Under the pieces are notes generated by a model. It was not told the origin of the DNA and ran no database searches. It worked only from the letters and a program-made list of their open reading frames with translations. A DNA stretch of 64,000 nucleotides, from NCBI GenBank assembly GCA_963714095.1, contig OY970230.1, forward strand, positions 134,206-198,205, in the 5' to 3' direction. How positions within the stretch are numbered: the first letter of the stretch is position 1; each line of letters opens with the position of its first letter. Of this stretch, positions 58,821 through 64,000 are shown piece after piece. The stretch is from Candidatus Gottesmanbacteria bacterium (GTDB lineage: Bacteria; Patescibacteriota; Microgenomatia; UBA10105; UBA927). The position numbers and the translations under genes are program-made.

Positions 58821-59546
58821 CTAGAACCGTATTATACCGAGTTGTACGCCAAAAGTTTTTTTCGAGTCTTTCCGGAACGAGTTAAACTCACCAACCTGAC
58901 ATGACGTGCAGGTTACGGGAGCATCAATATGCATCGGAATGATACCCGCGTCCAACAGCTGAACGTAGTTTGCATACCCGATATCCAAATGCCACTCATT
59001 TTTAATTTTTGATGTAATTTTTTCATCCCCACCAAATTTTTTCTGAAATTCCTTTACCCGATCCTCGAGCACGTTGTAGCAACACATCCCGATATGCGGC
59101 CCCACAGACACTCGGATATCTTTCGCCGTACATCTTACGCTGAGCATCGTTTGAATTAGTTCGCGGGCAACGCCGTGGAGGGTCCCGCGCCATCCTGCGT
59201 GGGCGACCCCTATAACGCGGGCAACCGGGTCAACCGCAATCAGCGGCACGCAGTCAGCAAACGAAACGCCCAAAACAACAGGCGATCTGTCGTTTTTAAA
59301 CACCAAACCATCCGTATCTGCAAGTGTTTTTCCGCGATCTTCTTTTGTAACGATTGCCACCTGCACTCCATGGATTTGCCGCGCCATAATGAGATCTTCA
59401 GCGTCTGACCCCACGAGTCGGAGGAACGCTTCGCGGCTTTTATCCGTACGCATATCGCCCAATGTACGGCAGGAATACGCAGCCGTCACAGGTAACAAAT
59501 CAAACGTAGAAATACCATAGATACCGTCTGAATTTTTGTAGATCAT
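58821..59546 (-). CDS. pgeF: YfiH/PgeF-family (DUF152) purine-nucleoside phosphorylase/peptidoglycan editing factor
   Basis: AHAGWRG signature and Cys/His metal ligands. Confidence 0.7.
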   Translation of the reverse strand: MIYKNSDGIYGISTFDLLPVTAAYSCRTLGDMRTDKSREAFLRLVGSDAEDLIMARQIHGVQVAIVTKEDRGKTLADTDGLVFKNDRSPVVLGVSFADCVPLIAVDPVARVIGVAHAGWRGTLHGVARELIQTMLSVRCTAKDIRVSVGPHIGMCCYNVLEDRVKEFQKKFGGDEKITSKIKNEWHLDIGYANYVQLLDAGIIPMHIDAPVTCTSCQVGEFNSFRKDSKKTFGVQLGIIRF

Positions 59547-60727
59547 CTCAGTAGTCTCAGTGCCTTTTTCACTGCCTCATGGTCACTCCAGGGATATTCA
59601 TTTTTACCCCGCGCTAAACTCTGCTCATGGCCCTTGCCGGTAATTATGACCACATCGCGGGGTTTCGCCAGTCGAAGGGCAAAATCAATCGCATTCTGGC
59701 GGTTGGAAAATCGGTAGACTTGAGGTCCCGGCTCGATTCCAGCAGCAATTTCATCCATAATCGTCTCCACATTCTCGGTCCGGTAGTCCTCTTCCGTAAG
59801 GATTATACTGTCCGCGTACGTCCCCGACGCTTTCCCCATCAGTGGCCGTTTGGTTCGGTCCCGCAGGCCGGCGCTGCCGAAGACATGAATAAGGCGTTTC
59901 TTGGCAAGTGCCCGCGCGGTTTTGAGCGCCCGGTCGATAGCGTTGGGCGTATGAGCAAAATCCACGATCACGGTAAACGGATCCGCGGCAACGATCTCCA
60001 TCCGGCCGACGACCCCGGAAAATGCCCCAACAGCTTCCCGCGCAACCTTTTTCGAAATTCCCAGTATATGAGCCACCGAAAGAGCAGCCAGGCAATTGTA
60101 CTGATTAAATTCACCGAGTAATCGGGTACTAAACGGATATGTTTGGGGGGTTATTTGAGCCTCACGGTGAATCCCGTAGGTTACAAGCGTTTTCCTGCGC
60201 AGTAGCGGGATTGCCCGATTATATAATTCCGCTTCATCACGGTTAATAACGGCAACATTCGCCCGGGTCAACAAAGAAAGTTTCGTTTTAACATAGTGCT
60301 CAAACGTCCTGTGCCAGTCCAGATGTTCATGTGTAACATTGGTGAGGACGCCGATGGCAAACCGAACGCCGAATACTCTGTGCTGTGCAAGACCGTGAGA
60401 GGTTACCTCCAAAACCATATGCGTATCGCCGTGTTTAACCGCGGCCCTCAGGTACTTTTGCACGGCAAACGGGCCGGGATTGGTCACGTGAAGACCTGTG
60501 TCATAGGTTTTACCGGCAATGACAGCATGGACGGTCGAAATCATTGATACTTTGAACCCCGCGGCTTTCAAAATCTCGTAAATAAGCGTGGCCGTGGTGG
60601 TCTTCCCGTCCGTTCCTGAGACGCCGATGACGGTGATCTCTCGGCTGGGGAAACCGTACCAGACATTTGCCGCTATTGCCAAAACCAGATGATAGAGCCC
60701 TTTGAGGCTTCGTAGCATGATACTCAT
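59543..60727 (-). CDS. Mur-ligase-family enzyme with a very short N-terminal domain (MurE/MurF position in the dcw cluster)
   Basis: P-loop VIGVSGTDGKTTTATL only about 35 aa from the N-terminus. C-terminal IITGKGHEQ. Position between ftsI and murC suggests murE or murF, but the usual about 80-100-aa UDP-binding N-domain is missing. Confidence 0.55.
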   Translation of the reverse strand: MSIMLRSLKGLYHLVLAIAANVWYGFPSREITVIGVSGTDGKTTTATLIYEILKAAGFKVSMISTVHAVIAGKTYDTGLHVTNPGPFAVQKYLRAAVKHGDTHMVLEVTSHGLAQHRVFGVRFAIGVLTNVTHEHLDWHRTFEHYVKTKLSLLTRANVAVINRDEAELYNRAIPLLRRKTLVTYGIHREAQITPQTYPFSTRLLGEFNQYNCLAALSVAHILGISKKVAREAVGAFSGVVGRMEIVAADPFTVIVDFAHTPNAIDRALKTARALAKKRLIHVFGSAGLRDRTKRPLMGKASGTYADSIILTEEDYRTENVETIMDEIAAGIEPGPQVYRFSNRQNAIDFALRLAKPRDVVIITGKGHEQSLARGKNEYPWSDHEAVKKALRLLR

Positions 60728-60734
60728 TATATCA

Positions 60735-62411
60735 CTATGGCGAGGCGGGGATGCTGTAGTAGGTAAACAAATCTTTCGCGATATTGAAAAAGAGCGGAGC
60801 CGCAGTTTCCGAGCCCCAGATGGATGAACTCGGCTCGGTTAAGGTAACGAGCATCACAAACTTCGGATTATCGGCAGGCGCAAAACCCACAAAGGATGCA
60901 ATCGTTTTTGTGGCGTCATAATGACCCGCTATAGGAATCTGTGCCGTGCCGGTTTTGCCGGCGATGCGGTACCCGGCGGGCGCGGCCCACTTTGCCTCAC
61001 CCAAATTGACTGCGGATATCATCATCTCCGTAAGCACGCTTGCCGTCGCGCTGCTGATAACCTGCCGGATTTTCTTCGGCGCGATGACAACTTTCTTCCC
61101 TGTATCATCAATGATTTCACGGACAACGTGCGGTTCCATAAGCCACCCTCCGTTGGCGATGGCTGCCACTGCGCGAACCATTTGGATCGGAGTGACGGCA
61201 ATTCCCTGGCCGAATGATGCAGTTGCAAGATCTATATCCTTCCAATCGCGATCAGCCCGCAGATCAGGAGAACTTTCATCCTGAAGGTCAATACCGGTCG
61301 GTTCTCCGATGTCATATGCATGGAGATATTTGAGCATGGTTGCTTTGCCCATTTTTTGTTCAATATGTACCATGCCGACGTTACTTGAATATTCCAACAC
61401 CTGTGTCGTTGTAATCTGCCCGTGATAGGAATCATTCCACGTATGAATCTCGTAGCCGGACACCGGCGCCGGCCCGCTTTCATCAACCTTGGTATCAGGG
61501 GTCACCAGTTTCTCCTGCAGCGCTCCGCTCATAATAAGGACTTTAAACGTACTTCCGGGCTCGTATGCTTGGGAAACTGCCGGGTTCGCATAAAGAGATT
61601 TATCATACGTGCTATACGCTCCAGGGTCGTAACTGGGAAAACTCGCCATCGCCAGAATTCCGCCGGTTTTGGGGTCCATAATCGTCACTGTACCGGCCTT
61701 GGCACCGTACGCCTGAATACCATCGGATAACCGTTTCTCAGCTATTTGCTGAACCGTCCGGTCGGTCCAAAGAATAAGAGACCGTCCGTCTTCAGGTTCA
61801 ATCCGTTTCGTATCCCCCACCAATATTGCAGATCCCTGCACGTCTTTTTCCAGCTGTATGCTGCCATCACGACCTCGAAGCTCCCGGTCATAATACCCCT
61901 CTAATCCGAAATACCCCTGATCATTGCCATTTTGATCCGATCCAACAAATCCCAAAAGTTGTGCCGCCATGGATGCTTCGGGGTAGTAGCGTTTGGCTTC
62001 ATCTTCAAATCCCAACCCTTTCAGATTTAACGCGCTCAATTGATCTTTCGTTTGCGCATCTACTTTATGCGCGATGGGCACCCACACGCGGTCGGGTATA
62101 TTCAATATGGCTGAAATAGACGCTTCATCCTGATGTAAAATCGGCGCCACGACTTTGGCAAATACATCGGCATTTTCTATTTCCTTCGGTTGTGCATAAA
62201 CCAATGACCCCGGCTGATTCATGGCCAAGGGGCTCCCATCTGTGGCCGCGATTGTTCCCCGCATGGCAGGAATGGTAAGTTCCAGATTATATTGCTGGTT
62301 TGCTTCAGCACTCAGCGCATCCCCTTGTATAATCTGCCAGTAAAATAGCCGTACGATAATCGCGAAAAAAAGAAGTATAATGATGCCAAACAATGTCCAA
62401 ATCCTCCACAT
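60735..62411 (-). CDS. ftsI: class B penicillin-binding protein / septal transpeptidase
   Basis: N-terminal TM, PBP dimerisation domain, SxxK (PGSTFKV), SxN-like (YSSNVG) and KTG (AGKTGT). Confidence 0.85.
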   Translation of the reverse strand: MWRIWTLFGIIILLFFAIIVRLFYWQIIQGDALSAEANQQYNLELTIPAMRGTIAATDGSPLAMNQPGSLVYAQPKEIENADVFAKVVAPILHQDEASISAILNIPDRVWVPIAHKVDAQTKDQLSALNLKGLGFEDEAKRYYPEASMAAQLLGFVGSDQNGNDQGYFGLEGYYDRELRGRDGSIQLEKDVQGSAILVGDTKRIEPEDGRSLILWTDRTVQQIAEKRLSDGIQAYGAKAGTVTIMDPKTGGILAMASFPSYDPGAYSTYDKSLYANPAVSQAYEPGSTFKVLIMSGALQEKLVTPDTKVDESGPAPVSGYEIHTWNDSYHGQITTTQVLEYSSNVGMVHIEQKMGKATMLKYLHAYDIGEPTGIDLQDESSPDLRADRDWKDIDLATASFGQGIAVTPIQMVRAVAAIANGGWLMEPHVVREIIDDTGKKVVIAPKKIRQVISSATASVLTEMMISAVNLGEAKWAAPAGYRIAGKTGTAQIPIAGHYDATKTIASFVGFAPADNPKFVMLVTLTEPSSSIWGSETAAPLFFNIAKDLFTYYSIPASP

Positions 62412-62417
62412 AAGGGG

Positions 62418-62720
62418 TTATTGCGGGCGGTTCAAGGCAACGGGCAGGGACTCATTCCCTATCATAACAAATTGTTTCACCGAAGGCTCAACAAATCCCA
62501 TATCTTTCGCCTTTGCAGCAACCGTCATAAGAGATGAAGCGGAAGCAACTTGCTGGGCCAACTGTTCGTTTGCCGCGCGCAGCGAAACGATTTGCAAGTC
62601 AACGGAGCTTACTTCACGTCCCGAAACGACAAGCGTATTGGACCAGAGTATTTCAATAACCACGAGGATAATAACAATTCCCGGTATACTTTTAGCGAGC
62701 GTCCGTAATACGTTCATCAT
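62418..62720 (-). CDS. ftsL: FtsL-like small bitopic division protein
   Basis: 100 aa with a single TM and a coiled-coil. Conserved position between rsmH and ftsI. Confidence 0.5.
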   Translation of the reverse strand: MMNVLRTLAKSIPGIVIILVVIEILWSNTLVVSGREVSSVDLQIVSLRAANEQLAQQVASASSLMTVAAKAKDMGFVEPSVKQFVMIGNESLPVALNRPQ

Positions 62721-63544
62721 AGTTTTTCTGCTATTCGCAATTTTGCGCTATGCGCACGTTTATTTACCGTCACCTCTTCATCGATTGCGACTATCGGCTT
62801 TTTGGTTATCAATTTCCATGCATCGGTTCTTAAGAATCGTTTTACAATCCGATCTTCCAATGAATGAAAGCTGATAACCGCCAGTCTTCCTCCAGGCTTT
62901 AATAGAGTTTTTGCTCCATTCAATCCTTCCTTTAAGGCATTGAGTTCGTCATTGACGGCAATGCGTAACGCCTGAAAAACCCGGGACGCGCTTCGCGTAT
63001 CAACAAATTGTAAAAGATCTCCCGTTGTGACGACCGGGCTCACCCGACGGGCGCGGACAATAGCAGAAGCAATTGCCCGACTATGCTCTTCTTCACCAAA
63101 CGTTGCCAAAATTTCATAGAGTTCTTGTTCTGTAACTTTTTGTAACAATTCAGCTGCTCTCTGTCCTTCGCGTTGGTTCAACCGCAAATCTAATGGCGCG
63201 TCGCCGAATCTATAGCTAAATCCCCGCTGGGGTGTATCAAGCTGATGGCTTGAAACACCTAAATCAAACAAAATCCCATCTACGTCAGTAAAACCTTTCT
63301 CTTTCGCAATCTTTTCAATATCTCTAAAATTCCCCAGTACGTCTGCATGAGCATCCGGATCCGTATCTATCCCAAGTACCGCTCCTCCCATCGCACGAAT
63401 CGCTTGTGTATGCCCCCCTCCGCCGTAGGTCGCGTCGATAAAGCGCTTACCCGGAACCACCTGCAGGCCTTCAACGACCTCTTTAACCATTACCGGCGTG
63501 TGATACGGCATAGTTCCTCCAGTTTTCCTTATCCCAAATCTCAA
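62717..63544 (-). CDS. rsmH: 16S rRNA (cytosine1402-N4)-methyltransferase
   Basis: HTPVMVKEV and DATYGGGGHT motifs. The true start is probably an internal ATG (63511 or 63493), since the track ORF overlaps mraZ by 62 nt. Confidence 0.85.
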   Translation of the reverse strand: MRFGIRKTGGTMPYHTPVMVKEVVEGLQVVPGKRFIDATYGGGGHTQAIRAMGGAVLGIDTDPDAHADVLGNFRDIEKIAKEKGFTDVDGILFDLGVSSHQLDTPQRGFSYRFGDAPLDLRLNQREGQRAAELLQKVTEQELYEILATFGEEEHSRAIASAIVRARRVSPVVTTGDLLQFVDTRSASRVFQALRIAVNDELNALKEGLNGAKTLLKPGGRLAVISFHSLEDRIVKRFLRTDAWKLITKKPIVAIDEEVTVNKRAHSAKLRIAEKL

Positions 63545-63890
63545 AATGGTCTCCGGCGCCTATGATGGCTACATTACGGGAAATCGAAGCATATTCCTTG
63601 AGCTGGGCAGGCAAAAGAATACGACCAAGCTTGTCTAATTCCTCTTTTTGCGCCCCACTAAAGAGATAGCGGCGCAAACTTCGTCCTTTTTCATCGGTCA
63701 CCGGCGTTTCAAGGTGCTTTCCCGCTTCTCGTTCCCAACTGGACAAGTCAAATCCAAATATGCATGTATCAAAACCTCTCGCAAGTACCAATTCCCGTTC
63801 GTTCCCTAACTCTTGCCTAATCTTTCTCGGGAGCGTTATACGGCCCCGATCGTCCAGTGCATGTTCGTATTCCCCAAGGAATAGTTTCAT
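63483..63890 (-). CDS. mraZ: transcriptional regulator MraZ
   Basis: MKLFLGEYEHALDDRGRITLP N-terminus and a second DxxxR-like repeat later (duplicated MraZ fold), 135 aa. First gene of the dcw operon. Confidence 0.85.
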   Translation of the reverse strand: MKLFLGEYEHALDDRGRITLPRKIRQELGNERELVLARGFDTCIFGFDLSSWEREAGKHLETPVTDEKGRSLRRYLFSGAQKEELDKLGRILLPAQLKEYASISRNVAIIGAGDHFEIWDKENWRNYAVSHAGNG

Positions 63891-63901
63891 TCCCTTAATC
63901 T

Positions 63902-63953
63902 ACCATATCTTCCCATCTATATCCATAGTCACCCATTTTTCACGCTTTGTCAA
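63902..63953 (-). promoter_or_regulatory. dcw promoter with MraZ-operator-like array: four TGGN direct repeats on an exact 10-nt pitch downstream of a TTGACA -35 hexamer
   Basis: The minus strand reads cTTGACAaagcgtgaaaaaTGGGtgactaTGGAtatagaTGGGaagataTGGTagat...ATG(mraZ). The plus-strand CCA cores are at 63902-05, 63912-15, 63922-25 and 63932-35. Confidence 0.5.
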
Positions 63954-64000
63954 GAGGCATTTCACGGACTATAATCAGCGTATGGACAAGAAAAAAACCA

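Noticed and set aside
1-64000. CRISPR arrays, integrases, transposases and toxin-antitoxin pairs
   Set aside because: No regularly spaced direct repeats, no recombinase or transposase-like motifs (DDE, tyrosine recombinase R..H..R..Y) and no small paired ORFs were seen on reading. The only repeats are the R1 and 36-nt elements reported above.

Overview
This 64 kb window comes from a bacterial chromosome that has Shine-Dalgarno sites and type-2 IleS, and may belong to an uncultivated lineage. Almost every gene is tightly packed, often with ATGA or TGATG stop/start overlaps. Four blocks stand out. (1) 1-9.8 kb and 18.4-20 kb hold a glycosylation locus: four paralogous GT-C (ArnT/PMT-like) membrane glycosyltransferases, three GT4 enzymes, a SAM methyltransferase and a Wzx-type flippase. 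(2) 9.8-18.4 kb is a housekeeping stretch: tRNA-Val, lepB, parB, rplU, a THUMP RNA methyltransferase, rpmA, rodA, ileS and an LCP-family protein. (3) 41.4-63.9 kb, all on the minus strand, is an extended dcw cluster: mraZ-rsmH-ftsL-ftsI-Mur ligase-pgeF-murC-murB-murA-...-mraY-murI-murD-ftsW-murG-ftsQ-ftsA-ftsZ. It includes an MraZ operator of four TGGN repeats on a 10-nt pitch. Extra genes (femAB-family, dgkA, MBL hydrolase, DegT aminotransferase, alpha/beta hydrolase, GlmU-like protein) sit between mraY and murA. (4) 26.5-41.3 kb is the most unusual region. A complete preQ0 (7-cyano-7-deazaguanine) pathway (folE2, queD, queE, queC) is physically interleaved and translationally coupled with two radical-SAM enzymes (one SPASM-type, one class-B-like), a GT-A glycosyltransferase, a glycerol-dehydrogenase/G1PDH-like Fe-ADH, an APH-family kinase, a Pol-beta nucleotidyltransferase, a KsgA/Erm-family methyltransferase, a Gfo/Idh/MocA oxidoreductase, a GT4 glycosyltransferase, a DegT aminotransferase, an LmbE deacetylase and two SAM methyltransferases. 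I read this as a candidate, apparently undescribed biosynthetic cluster for a glycosylated or aminosugar-decorated 7-deazapurine. No TGT, QueF or DpdA gene, which would indicate tRNA or DNA use, is present in the window. Copies of a ~36-nt element lie at the 3' end of ftsZ (antisense to its last 10 codons) and directly after the stop codons of two other genes (18349, 26282). The last two copies bracket the cluster, which suggests island-like boundaries, although no integrase is in the window. All calls come from manual reading of motifs in the ORF translations; no database searches were run.
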